From Octopus sinensis (Eukaryota), in contig NW_021823933.1 in assembly GCF_006345805.1 (NCBI RefSeq), positions 1 to 22,295 on the forward strand: 22,295 nucleotides of DNA. The letters are read 5' to 3'. Of the stretch, positions 8,531-19,403 are shown one piece after another. The notes under the pieces are model-generated. The model was not told the origin of the DNA. It worked only from the letters and a program-made list of their open reading frames with translations, and made no database searches. Both the position numbers and the translations under genes were made by a program. The number at the start of each line of letters is the position of its first letter. Position 1 is the stretch's first letter.

Positions 8531-11281
8531 AGATCGCACAGACCGAAATAAAGGAGAGACAGCCATCTTTATCCATGACTCCTTTTCACTTGATGCCAAG
8601 GAGATATTTTCCAATGGCTATTGTGGATATGTATCACTGTTCAACAAGGCCAAAGACATAATCATTGTTGGTCTTTAGAGGCCTCCCCAAGCGCCTCTAA
8701 AGTGCTTTGAAGTGCCTTAACAAAATCAAGTCCTTCCTTCAAACATACAACTCCGGAAACATACTAGTGATGGGTGATTTTAACCTCCCTCATATAAACT
8801 GGCCCACAAATACTCTGAAGTTAGGCAAATGCTCTACATCAGATAAAGCAGCAGCAGAATTACTCTTTAAATCTAATGGATAAATTCTTCCTGACTCAGC
8901 TAGTGCTCGAACCAACAAGACAGAATAAAAAGATCTTGGATCTAATATTAACCAACCACTCTAGCTTCGTTCACAGTATTTCAGCTGAAAAAACTCTCCT
9001 CTCAGACCACGACATGGTACTCTGCAATTTTAATTCCCGACATATAAAAACCAAACCAGCCAATCCCACTTCCTGGCACTCATTTGACAACATAAACTTC
9101 CACAAAGCGGACTGGGGAGCAATCAGAAAGGATCTATCTTTCATCGACTGGTCTTTTACTCTCAATTCCATCCAAATTGAGACCGCATGGCAGCACTTTG
9201 AGAACATTGTCACCTATACATGCTCTAAACCCCTCCTACGAAATCTACTAACACAAACAGAAACCGGCTCCCTAAAAAGAAAAAAAAACACTCATCAGGC
9301 GCATCAAAAGACTCAATAAAAAAATCAACCAATTAAAATATTCCCACATACAACATCCACATTCAACAACAATGAAAAACAAGAGTTGGAAAAACTTCAT
9401 CTGCAGACCGACATGAAAACCTCCATTGAAAATCAAAGAGCTGTGGAGGAACAGTGGGTAATTAAAAACATCAAACAGAACCCAAAAGTGTTCTGTTCTT
9501 ATGCAAATAAGCATAGAACCACTGTCTCACCCATTGGGCCATTGATTGATGATAACGGCATTCCCCAACACGATGCTAAAGAAATGGCAGAAATACTGCA
9601 GAAACAATACTGCTCTGTCTTTAGTGTTCCCACTGATATTGACGTAAGAGAAGCGAACGAAGTTGATTCCCAATGAAAAATCTCAGACATAACCTTCACT
9701 GCCTCTGACATCATAGCAGCAATAAATGAGGTCAAATACTATTCTGCTGTAGGCCCTGATAGATTCCCCGCTAGTGTCCTGAAGGAATGTAGACACCAAC
9801 TTGCCGTCCCTCTGACCAACCTCTGGAGAAATTCGTTAGACTCAGGTTATATACCGAAACAGCTTCTATCCCAGTCTGTCATCCCGGTTTTCAAACAGGG
9901 AAACAGATTCCTCGCAGTCAACTATCGCCCAATCTCACTCACCTCCCACATCATTAAAGTGTTTGAAAGAGTGTTAAGATCAAGGATAGCTGACTTCCTG
10001 GAGACCCACAAACTCCTAAATGCAAATTAGCACGACTTTCGCTGTGGCAGGGACTGTCTAACACAGCTCTTACACCACATTGAAGATATACTCAAAGCCT
10101 TGGGAACATGTTCGAACTCTGATGTCATATATCTTGACTTCAGTAAAGCGTTCGACAGGGTTGACCATAATATCCTACTCTCAAAATTGGCAAATGTTGG
10201 AATCCGTGGAAAACTTCTACACTGGATTAAGTATTTCCTAGCGAATAGAACACAACATGTTGTAGTTGATGGAGTCCACTCAAGCCCAGCAAAAGTCACC
10301 AGCGGTGTCCCCCAGGGGACTGTCTTGGACCCGCTACTCTTTATAATTTACATAAACGACCTTTCCAGTGTCGTACATTACTACAAAGTGAAAATATTTG
10401 CTGATGACACTAAGCTCCCGCAAATCGTCAATGAAGAAGCAGATCGAACTCAACTCCAGTCTCATCTATATGCTGTGAGTCAATGGGCAGACAGAAACAA
10501 AATGTAACTGAACGAGGGAAAATTTGAGCTGATGGATTTTGGAAGAAATTCCTCACTAAAACAGTCATACTCTCTTCCTTCAGGGGAACCGCTCACAGCC
10601 TCTAACAATATCAGAGACCTGGGTGTAATTGTTGATGACGATCTCAGTTGGAGTGCACACATCAACAAGAAGGTCGATATAGCTCGTAGGATGAGTTCCT
10701 GGATCTTAAGAACTTTCCGGTCCAGAGAACAAGGTGTCATCATACCACTTTTCTCCTCTTTGGTACGGCCACACCTCGAATACTGCTGCCCACTGTTGTC
10801 TTCCCATACAAGACAAGATATCTCGAGGATTGAACCACCCCAGAGGGCACTCACTAAACGAATTGAAGGCATGGCTGCTCTCGATTATTGGGACCGCCTT
10901 AAAGCCTTGAAGCTCTACTCTCTCCAGCGTCGCCGTGAGCGGTACATCATTTGTACGATGTGGAGAATATACCGCCAACTTTGCCCAAACGACCTGAACA
11001 TTAGCCTCAAGGTTCATCCAAGACTGGGACCACGGGTCATACGTCCCCTGCCCAATTCAAGATCACAGCATACATGTACACTGCAACATAATTTCTTTTC
11101 CTCAACAGGCCCTGCCCTATTTAACATTGTCCCGAAAGAGATCAAAGAGAAAAAGGATCCCATCAACTTTAAACGAAGTCTGGATAGATTCCTTCAAGGA
11201 ATACCAGATAAGCCACCCATAATTGGATACAACCCACCCAATAAAAACTCACTACTTGAATGGACCATAAACAAAACTTGA
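8531..11281 (+). pseudogene. CR1 ORF2 (APE endonuclease plus reverse transcriptase), disabled
   Basis: APE: DRTDRNKG.TAIF, *RPP, MGDFNLPHINW, LSDH. RT: NYRPISLTSHIIKVFE, YLDFSKAFDRV, SGVPQGTVLDP, FADDTKL, DLGV, LVRPHLEYC, YSLQRRRER. Premature stops at ~8676, 9674, 10028 and 10505, plus frameshifts. Confidence 0.93.
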
Positions 11282-11378
11282 CTTAAACAGGATTTAGATA
11301 ATCCTATCAGGTGGTGCTATTAAGTTAGACATGGCCTGGACCAATCTTTGGTCGAAACATATCTAAGTTTATCTAAGT

Positions 11379-11380
<2 letters not shown>
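8531..11380 (+). mobile_element. CR1-clade LINE, 5'-truncated within the APE domain, 3' end complete
   Basis: Contains the ORF2 remnant, a ~100-bp 3' UTR with hairpin GACCAA-TCT-TTGGTC, and a terminal tandem (ATCTAAGTTT)2 at 11361-11380. Confidence 0.93.
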
Positions 11381-11410
<30 letters not shown>

Positions 11411-11467
11411 CATACATACATACATAATACATACATACATACATACATACATACATACATACATACA
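11381..11467. repeat. (TACA)n microsatellite, 3' flank of the CR1
   Basis: Direct reading. Confidence 0.97.
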
Positions 11468-11665
11468 TTATGGCTGCCCCCTCGTTATCGAGTATGGCCA
11501 TTGCACGAAGCTTAACTGTTACTGGTGCTGTGATCGAATGTGACTTTTAGCCCAGCTAAAGATCTACAATGTCTTGTACAAAATTGGCAACTAAGACCTT
11601 TACTGGTAATAGCCGGCTGTAGTTGTAACTGAGCTTCATGTACCTTTGCATATATATATATATGT

Positions 11666-12055
11666 AGGCGCAGGAGTGGCTGTGTGGCAAGTAGCTTGCT
11701 TACCAACCACATGGTTCCACTGCATGGCACTTTGGGCAAGTGTCTTCTACTACAGCCTCGGGCCGACCAAAGCCTTGTGAGTGGATTTGGTAGACGGAAA
11801 CTGAAAGAATCCCGTCCTATATATATATGCATGTGTGTGTATATGTTTCTGTGTCTGTGTTTGTTCCTCCAACATCGCTTGACAACCGATGCTGGTGTGT
11901 TTACGCCCCCGTAACTTAGCGGTTCGGCAAAAGAGACCAATAGAATAAATACTAGGCTTACAAAGAATAAGTCATGGGGTCGATTTGCTCGACTAAAGGT
12001 GGTGCTCCACCATGCCCACAGTCAAATGACTGAAACAAGTAAAAGAGTAAAATGA
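11666..12055 (+). mobile_element. SINE family A, full length, with B box deleted and an internal (TA)(TG) microsatellite
   Basis: Head GGCGCAGGAGTGGCTGTGTGG; ATGGTTCCACTGC lacks a GTTC.A B box. Middle TTGGGCAAGTGTCTTCTACT, internal simple repeat at ~11819-11855, tail AAGTAAAAGAGTAAAA. Confidence 0.88.
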
Positions 12056-12065
12056 GTGTATGAAG

Positions 12066-12460
12066 ATATATCAAAATTGAAATCAGTTTATCATTTATCC
12101 AATATCTTATGATAACCGCTAAATGTTCGATTTTACGGCACAGAATTTTCCTACGCTGTTGTCGTTGTACATCATGGCTCCTGTCTAATAATTTCATTAC
12201 AAGCCGCTTTACCGCTATCTTCTCTTTATTCAGCTGCCATGTACAGATATCCTTTGTGCAATACGTGTTATTGCTTGTTTTCGTAAGAGATTTGGCGATA
12301 TCGTCAAGATATTTCAAGCATGAGTTTTGGTATTTATCCCCACTGATGTCAAAAATAATATTTTCTATTATAATAGTTTAAAGAAGTTGGACAATTTCTC
12401 CTCAACTCCAGCTTTTAAATAGTTTTTTAAGGACCTATTTATCTTTTAATCAATCTATAT
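12066..12460 (-). mobile_element. Unclassified repeat family X, copy 2 (longest)
   Basis: Overlaps in homology with both 6767-6922 and 15030-15250. Confidence 0.65.
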
Positions 12461-12464
12461 ATCT

Positions 12465-12608
12465 TTTTATCTATATACATGTATATATGCATGTATACAT
12501 GTATATAACTGTATATATATACATATACATACATGTGTGTGTATGCACATATATAATATATATGCATACATTCGCACACATACACTACATCTATTCACGC
12601 ACACAAAC

Positions 12609-12700
<92 letters not shown>
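12465..12700. repeat. Degenerate (TA)n/(TACA)n microsatellite
   Basis: Direct reading. Confidence 0.9.
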
Positions 12701-12703
<3 letters not shown>

Positions 12704-12880
12704 TTCGTTTTTGCATCTGGTTTGCGCTGTCGTTCTTCTCGATTGTCTGTCAAAGGAGACGTGTGTTACGCTTAGTCGCGTCCTTGACTGACAGCTTTCA
12801 GATAAGTTAATAAAATATTTACTTTAATATTTTCCCCGCATAATTTTGCATCCTTCATTCAATCTGTTACTGTATCTGTT

Positions 12881-12881
<1 letters not shown>

Positions 12882-12930
<49 letters not shown>

Positions 12931-13305
12931 TGTGTACAGTGCTCAGGTGCACTACAACTAACTCATCTAAAGTGTATATATAATCAGGTGTAGTTTCGGC
13001 GGATTTCGGAAGGCATGAGGGCCTTAAAGGATGCAGTGTCATGGCAGTCAACAACTGACGCAGGCAGTTTATTCCATGCTTCAGCAACTCTGAGCGTGAA
13101 AAAATGTTTCCGAAAGTCATGGGAGCTGTGTTGCTTTCTGACTTTGTAGGATGTCCACGCGTGTTAGACACATGGAGATCAAAAAGGTGTTCAGTGTTGT
13201 TGTTGGTGAGGTGGTTGATAACTTTGTGGGTGTTTACCAAGTCCGTCGCCAGACGCCGGAGCTTCAGTGAATCCCTGCCCAGGGAAACAAGGTTTTCTGA
13301 GATGT
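12882..13305 (-). mobile_element. 3' end of a second CR1-clade family with a (TTA)n tail
   Basis: Minus strand: SLKLRRLATDLVNTHKVIN...NTRGH, then after a frameshift RKQH..HDFRKHFFTLRVAEAWNKLPASVV. The tail is the (TAA)n run at 12882-12930. Confidence 0.88.
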
Positions 13306-13334
13306 ATCTACGATAAACATATTTCGATAAGTAA

Positions 13335-13425
13335 AAGATAACCGTTAGGCATTAATATTGTCCTAACACTGGTGGTGTCCCAGCATGGCCGTAGCCTCAA
13401 GGCTGAAACATATAAAAGAATAAAA
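13335..13425 (+). mobile_element. SINE family A tail fragment
   Basis: GGTGGTGTCCCAGCATGGCCGTAG...GGCTGAAACA..TAAAAGAATAAAAG. Confidence 0.65.
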
Positions 13426-13434
13426 GCATAACAT

Positions 13435-13660
13435 TCGTAGGACCGGATATCCAGGTTTCCATGACATATAAGTCATCGCGGTCATGACCACTACTCCTGA
13501 GTGGGACGCAGTTCGTTACAGGATGACTTCTTTACAGCTGAGTGAGCTGAGCAACGTGAAAAGAAGTGTTTTGTTCAAGAACACAACCCCGCCACCACCA
13601 CTCTGGCCCGGGAATCGAAACCGTGATCTTGCGAACATCTTAACCACTAGACTGAGAGCT
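13435..13660 (-). mobile_element. CORE-like SINE, same type as 7705-7965
   Basis: Minus strand: CTAGTGGTTAAG...GGTTTCGATTCCCGG...GTTGTGTTCTTGAACAAAACACTTCTTTTCACGTTGCTC. Confidence 0.78.
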
Positions 13661-13701
13661 TTCACTTTTAATAAGTACACCAGCAATATTCACTTGCCAG
13701 T

Positions 13702-13882
13702 AAGGCAAGCGAGCTGGCAGAAGCGTTAGCACGCCGGACAAAATGCTTAACGGCGTTTCGTCCGTCTTTACGTTCTGAGTTCAAATTCAGGCGAAGTCGG
13801 CTTTGCCATTCATTCTTTAGGGATTTATGTAAACAACATACCCCTCCCTGAAATTGGTGGCCTTATGTCAAAGATTGAAATC
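13702..13882 (+). mobile_element. SINE family B
   Basis: GCGAGCTGGCAGAAGCGTTAGCACGCCGG...TTCTGAGTTCAAATTC. Confidence 0.85.
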
Positions 13883-14049
13883 AGCACACATACACACACA
13901 CACAAACGATATCCCCTGTAACATGTATTGAGCACTTCTTATTCGTCCATCATTAAGCAACGTACGCATACTCCTGTATGTAAGTACACACATACACACA
14001 CACACATACACACACATATATATATATATATATTTATATCTATAAACTC

Positions 14050-14265
14050 TGTACTACGCTTGCTCTTTCCTTTGGCCCCTTCCACACTTTCTTCTTTCCA
14101 CTTTTCCTTTTCTCGCTCCCACCGTCTCTCACATTTTTTAGTACTCTCGTCATTCTCATCTCTATCCCTACCCCCTTACCTCAGTCTGTCTCTTTCTATT
14201 TTTTCTCTCTTTCTCGTCTCTCCCTAATTTTTCAATCCCTCTACCCACTACCTCTCTCCTCTTCT
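14050..14265. repeat. Pyrimidine-rich (CT) low-complexity tract
   Basis: Direct reading. Confidence 0.8.
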
Positions 14266-14745
14266 TCCACGTGACCGGTGTTCTGCCAAGTCTGACCTTT
14301 CTTTCTTGGTTCGACTGCAATCCGTGCAGCATCTTTCGTATTTCTTACCATGACTTTTATCTTCTATGTTCCTGCCGTAAGGCTTTCACTTCCACACAGG
14401 CCAGCTTAATTTAATTCGCTCTTAGTCGAAAGACATCTGTTGTTAATGTCCTGTTGTCTGTATTTGTAATTGTATACCATTTCCCCGGTTTTTTCTTTTC
14501 GTCTTTGTTTACGTATACATTCGCTTGCTTTCTTCCAAAGAATCTAGTGCTCTTAGTTTAGATTTCCTTGTGGCCGGCCAGATTAGAGCAGTCTCGAAAT
14601 TAACCGGCCGAAACTGCAGGGACGATCTGCTTCTCGATTGAAGATTGAATTTCCCGTCTTTGTTTCTTCCTGTCCTTTTTGGTATCATATACTGTCCGAA
14701 TATTTTGTTGTTGCCTGTTACATTTTTGTTCCATTTTTTGTTTTG

Positions 14746-14748
<3 letters not shown>

Positions 14749-14814
<66 letters not shown>

Positions 14815-14865
14815 CACACACACCACACGCACACACAACCACCCACACACACACACACACACACA

Positions 14866-14913
<48 letters not shown>

Positions 14914-14915
14914 TT
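14749..14915. repeat. (CA)n(TA)n(TG)n compound microsatellite
   Basis: Direct reading. Confidence 0.97.
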
Positions 14916-14999
14916 GTGCATGTGAATGTTTGTCTGTGTGTTTGTCCTCCCACCAACAAGTGGAGACACGTGGCTTAGTGGTTAGATTAAGTTACAAAC

Positions 15000-15250
15000 A
15001 TAAACTTAAAAAGTAGATAATATTTATAAACCCGTTTGAAAGCCGATTTGAAGAGAATTTATCGAAAGCCTTTAACGTATCGTAAAAGAAAATGGTATGG
15101 CTTTGTGGTGATAAAAATCAGTTTCCATGTCGAAAAACCACTGGTAATATCGCGAAAGGTCTTGCGAAAACAAGTAGTAACTCGTATTGCACAATGGATG
15201 CCTATTTGAATACAGCAGCTGGATAAACACGAGATAAATGTAATGTGCTT
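15000..15250 (+). mobile_element. Unclassified repeat family X, copy 3
   Basis: CTTGCGAAAACAAGTAGTAACTCGTATTGCACAATGGAT versus CTTACGAAAACAAGCAATAACACGTATTGCACAAAGGAT on the minus strand of ~12245-12285. Confidence 0.6.
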
Positions 15251-15772
15251 GTCGGGGTAAAAATAAAAACTCAAAATAAGAGGCAAAATACGCGCTCCGG
15301 GAAGGATCGATCAATCTTATGGCGTCTTGAAAGATCATCGTCATCTCGAGACTTCGGCTTTCCTTTAACAGCACAGTCACTCTCATAACCGAATTCGACT
15401 GGAAATGTCGGCTCAGGTCGTATTCTCCTCATATTTAGCTAAGCGATGAGCGAATGACTTCGTATCGGTATCCTTAATCTCGCTGCTTTCTTCAGCCTGT
15501 ACGCACAGAAGGGCGGCTATCCTCAACTTGAAGTTGATAGAGGAACCGAGGATAAAAAAAAATGTTTGTGTAGGTGGGTGAAAAAAAAGTTTGTGTGGTG
15601 GGGTATGGGGGTAAAAAAATTCTACTTTATTTATGAGGAAGGAAATAAAAGGACTTTTCTACAAATCCAAGAATTTTAGAGCATTGCTAAAAAGAACAGC
15701 CTACAAATAATAAAATTTACGAACACATAAAAACAATAACTCGTGAGAACGTTGCTGTCAGATGGTTCCTTT

Positions 15773-15950
15773 AAGGCGGCAATCTGACAGAATCGTTAGC
15801 AGGTCGGGTAAAATGCTTTGTGGCATTTCGTCTGTCTTCGTGCTTTGAGTTCAAATTCCGCCGAGGTCAACTTTGCCTTTCATCTTCTCGAGATTGATGA
15901 AATAAATACCAGTTGGGCACTTGCCCCTTTCCCCCAAATTTGAACCCAAT
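15773..15950 (+). mobile_element. SINE family B
   Basis: GAGTTCAAATTCCGCCGAGGTCAACTTTGCCTTTCATC. Confidence 0.85.
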
Positions 15951-16010
15951 ATTTTATGATGTCTTACTTTACATAATTATCTTTTTATTTCAATTTCAAC
16001 AATAGTAGAA

Positions 16011-16405
16011 TTTAAGATTGACTGTTTGAATGTTCGTGGCTTGGGAGATGGGGAGAAAGGGTCAACCTCTGAACTATACCGGGTCACTTAACATAGATGT
16101 GGCATCCAACAACGAGACTAGTGCTTTCGACACGGAATCATTCGCACATTTCTTTGCTGAATACGGGGTTATATATGCTTCTTCTTGTCTGTTTAGGTCG
16201 CGTAACGGCTGTGTTGTTTAGGGGAAATTTATATTTCGAAGTAAGGACGATCTTTTAAGATTCAGAACTTATGTCGGTAGTTCTAGACAAGAATACCAGT
16301 CAAGATGAATCATTGAAGCTGGGAGTCGTCTATTCCAACGGTAGCCGGACGTCTACACTTCTTCAGGCGATAAGAGACTTTTGTGGGCACATCTAGCTTG
16401 CCTTA
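16011..16405 (+). mobile_element. Tx1/L1-clade LINE ORF2 APE N-terminal fragment
   Basis: FKIDCLNVRGLGDGRK..L..T.SLNIDVA...ET, then after frameshifts VVLD...LKLGVVY and PTVAGRLHFFRR*ETFVGTS. Confidence 0.7.
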
Positions 16406-16524
16406 TATGCAAGTCAGGTTTTGGTAAGATTAATACTTAGAGGGAAGATATACCAGAGCTACTTAAATCTGCATAGGCGCTTCTATCTGTTTTATACGTA
16501 TCGAATGATACCAGGCTTTACAGA

Positions 16525-16650
16525 AAATAAGTACTGGAGTAGATTCGCTAGAATAATGAAAAAAAAAACAACAAAAAAACTTTCAAGGCGGTACCCAAGC
16601 ATGGGCGCTGTCCAATAACTGAAACGAGATAAAAGATACGATAAATAAAA
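16525..16650 (+). mobile_element. SINE family A tail fragment
   Basis: AATAAGTACT...AAGGCGGTACCCAAGCATGG...AACTGAAAC..GATAAAAGATA. Confidence 0.65.
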
Positions 16651-17134
16651 TACCTTGAAAATAGCTTTACAGCTTTACGAAAGCAACGATATATATATAA
16701 TATATATATAATATATATATATAATATTAGATATATATATATATATATATATATAGCATATTTTTGTAAATCTGTAAAGATGTTTTCACGACATACATGC
16801 ATACATGCATACACACACACACACATATATATATGAGAAAATTATATTTATCATGTGATCGGTTAACAGGATTGATAGTTACTCAAATTAATTAAAATTC
16901 TGAAACATAATATTTATCTTAAAACATTCTCAGTCTATCTGATGTGTATGGTGCGAATTAATGCATCAAAAGATTCTCTTTGTTTCACACACACGCCCAC
17001 GCACATATTTGTTTTCGTGTGCAGCTGCACCAGTTGTTCTTTTCTTTTTTTTTTTTGGTTAAATGAATTTTGAAGGGAGGGCCCATTTCCGGCTGAAACT
17101 AATTGCAGTTTTCTTATTTGCTTTTTAAAATTAG

Positions 17135-17253
17135 GTTTCAATCTGAAGAAAGAGGGCATGCTCATTGCCTTTACAATCTCCGCCGACACCAATGAAATCG
17201 ACGTGGTTCGTGTTCTTCATGAGGAACTTGTCGTTTGCAAGAGAAAAATTCCA
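17135..17253 (+). CDS. Candidate internal coding exon of an unidentified host gene
   Basis: Branch-like CTAAT (17099-17103), pyrimidine tract, TTAG acceptor and GTGAGA donor at 17254. The 119 nt are open in one frame, (G)FNLKKEGMLIAFTISADTNEIDVVRVLHEELVVCKRKIP, and ~44% GC against AT-rich flanks. No TE motif recognised. Confidence 0.5.
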
Positions 17254-17605
17254 GTGAGATTTCCAGAGTATTAGTCGGATTGGTTGTTGTAGTGGTTGAT
17301 GCAAGGCCTTGGATAGATACAATGCGTGTGATGCAGCCAGAGGAGTTAGCTGAATCGGGTGTGGGTAAATAGAAATGACATACAATCAGTCAGCTCTGAA
17401 GAACAGAGGCCATTGTAGTAGTAGTAGAAACGTTAGCGAGAGAGGACGCAGCATGTTTCTAGATAAGAGGTTGGAGTATGCTGGTGGTTATTTTTGTTTT
17501 TAGATGCAGCTTAAAATGCCTGTATGCCGGAATGAGACGACTGGGCGCAGCTGACTGGACAGTCAGCGTGTTTTGATGACCGTATTTTTTGTCGCTGGAG
17601 GCAAA

Positions 17606-17610
17606 CACAC

Positions 17611-17672
<62 letters not shown>

Positions 17673-17760
17673 GCACACGCACACACACACGCACACTCTC
17701 GCACGTACGCAAGAACACATACGTACGCACACACATGCACACACACACACACACACACAC
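17606..17760. repeat. (CA)n microsatellite
   Basis: Direct reading. Confidence 0.97.
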
Positions 17761-17849
17761 GCCCGTGAAAAACTATACACATACAGGTAGAGTGAGGGAC
17801 ATTAATTAATTGAATATGATTTTTCCCTCTTCTCATACACATTAAAAAT

Positions 17850-17932
17850 GTGATTAAAAATGTAAGGGCAAGTATTTATTGACCTTTTTCTTTCCTGTAA
17901 AAATCGGCACGAAATTTCCGGACAACCCAATA
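17850..17932 (-). mobile_element. Solo mariner-like terminus (second copy at ~19495-19573)
   Basis: Minus strand TATTGGGTTGTCCGGAAATTTCGTGCCGATTTTT resembles mariner TIRs and starts with TA. No partner TIR was found in the window. Confidence 0.55.
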
Positions 17933-18519
17933 GTTTTGAGTAGGAATCGGAAAAAGAAGAATGAACACGCGGTGCGCATGTGCACACTGAATTCGTAAGA
18001 CAGAAGAGAAGAATAAAAACACAATGCGCATGTCAAAATAAAATGGAAGACAAGAATAAAGACGTAATGTCAAACAAGTTATATGATGGTCTGCATGTCA
18101 CGTCTGAAATCTCTATTACGCAGCTTTGTTGCAATTTTGTTGCTCATTTTCTTTTTTAATATCGAATTTTTGAGAGGAGGTTGGATTGTTAGAATCGGCA
18201 GAGCATCAGCCCAAACACCATATCGTATTTAGTTACATTGCTTTACGGTTGGAGTTCGAACCTCATTGGGGTCCATTTCACGTTTTCGGGAAGAGATTAC
18301 ATCAATAAAATAAGTAACATCAAAGTACAATGGCCGGTATGTGTGATATGTTCTGCTTATCTTTGTACCTAAACCTTTTTTATTGTTTATTCAAGAAGGA
18401 AGAAGAGTTTCCATGAATCTGTAAAAGGTCTCCGTAAACTGAAGGAAGCAAGGTATCCTGTCTTGACTATTTGCAACAGAAAGGACTACGCTAAAAGATA
18501 TCCCATGACCAGGTGGTGG

Positions 18520-18950
18520 TATTAAACGGGGTGGTGTACTGAGTCTACCACCCAAGTAGGCCGTAGCGGTGTTTGAACTCAAAACACAAAGAGCCAGAAC
18601 AAATACCGCAAGGTATCCGGTCCGAAGGCTCTAACGATTTCATCAATCCTTCACTCTCGGTATTTGTTTATTGATCCGGGATCTATGTAAAGCGAAGTTT
18701 ATCTTGGTGAGATTTGAATTCAGAGCGCAAGAAGATGGAATAAAAGCCGCGTGATACATCGTCCGACTCTGACGATTTCCCTCGCCCATCACACAAGACA
18801 GACACTTTATTTATCAACCTGGAGGACGGTAACGCAAAACTGACCTTGGCGGGACTTGGACTTAGAACGTCAGAAACCAGAATAAATATCGCAAGACATT
18901 TCGTCTGATGCTCGAACGACTTTGCCAGTTGACCGCCAGAAAGTTATAGT
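18520..18950 (-). mobile_element. Three head-to-tail degenerate family B SINE units (duplicated at ~20160-20590)
   Basis: Units of ~140 bp, each with TTTGAACTC / TTTGAATTC / TTGGACTT B-box remnants and AACGA(T/C)TT heads. Confidence 0.65.
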
Positions 18951-19014
18951 TTCCCCCTGTCTCATGTTTAGATAGTTTTCTGATATTTAATGATATAGTA
19001 ACGCCTTTATGTAT

Positions 19015-19225
19015 ACGCTTTACTCTTTTACTTGTTTCAGTCATTTGACTGCGGCCACGCCTTTAATCGAGCAAATCGACCCCAGGACTTATTCTTTGTA
19101 AGCCTAGTACTTATTCTATCGCTCTCTTTTGCCGAACCGGTAAGTTACGCGGACGTAAACACACCAGCATCGGTTGTCAAGCGATGCTGGGGAGACAAAC
19201 ACAGACACACAAACATATCACGCAC
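19015..19225 (-). mobile_element. SINE family A 3' half, ending at its internal microsatellite (duplicated at ~20660-20875)
   Basis: Reverse complement of ~11850-12055. Confidence 0.88.
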
Positions 19226-19294
19226 ACATACATACATACATATATATATGTATATATATGTATATATATGTATATATATATATATTATATATAT

Positions 19295-19378
<84 letters not shown>

Positions 19379-19403
19379 GTATATACACACACACACCACA
19401 CAC
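19226..19403. repeat. (TA)n then (CA)n microsatellite at the duplication junction; matching tract at ~20875-21100
   Basis: Direct reading. Confidence 0.95.

Larger units (their letters stand above)
17761..19403 (+). repeat. Tandem duplication, unit 1 (1643 bp)
   Basis: GCCCGTGAAAAACTATACAC starts at 17761 and again at 19404; colinear throughout. Confidence 0.97.

Noticed and set aside
11336-11358. CCTG-GACCAATCTTTGGTC-GAAAC resembling a hammerhead stem II plus GAAA
   Set aside because: There is no CUGANGA; it is better read as the CR1 3' stem-loop.
14586-14618. GCAGUC...GAAACUGC, a perfect hammerhead stem III/GUC pattern
   Set aside because: Only 16 nt lie between the strands and there is no CUGANGA, so the topology cannot form.
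17504-17575. Acceptor-like TTTTTAG|ATGCAG as the next exon after 17253
   Set aside because: All three frames hit a stop, and no convincing phase-compatible donor is present.
17973-18034. TGCGCATGTGCA and TGCGCATGTC, NRF1-like motifs
   Set aside because: These are short motifs with no promoter or CpG-island context.
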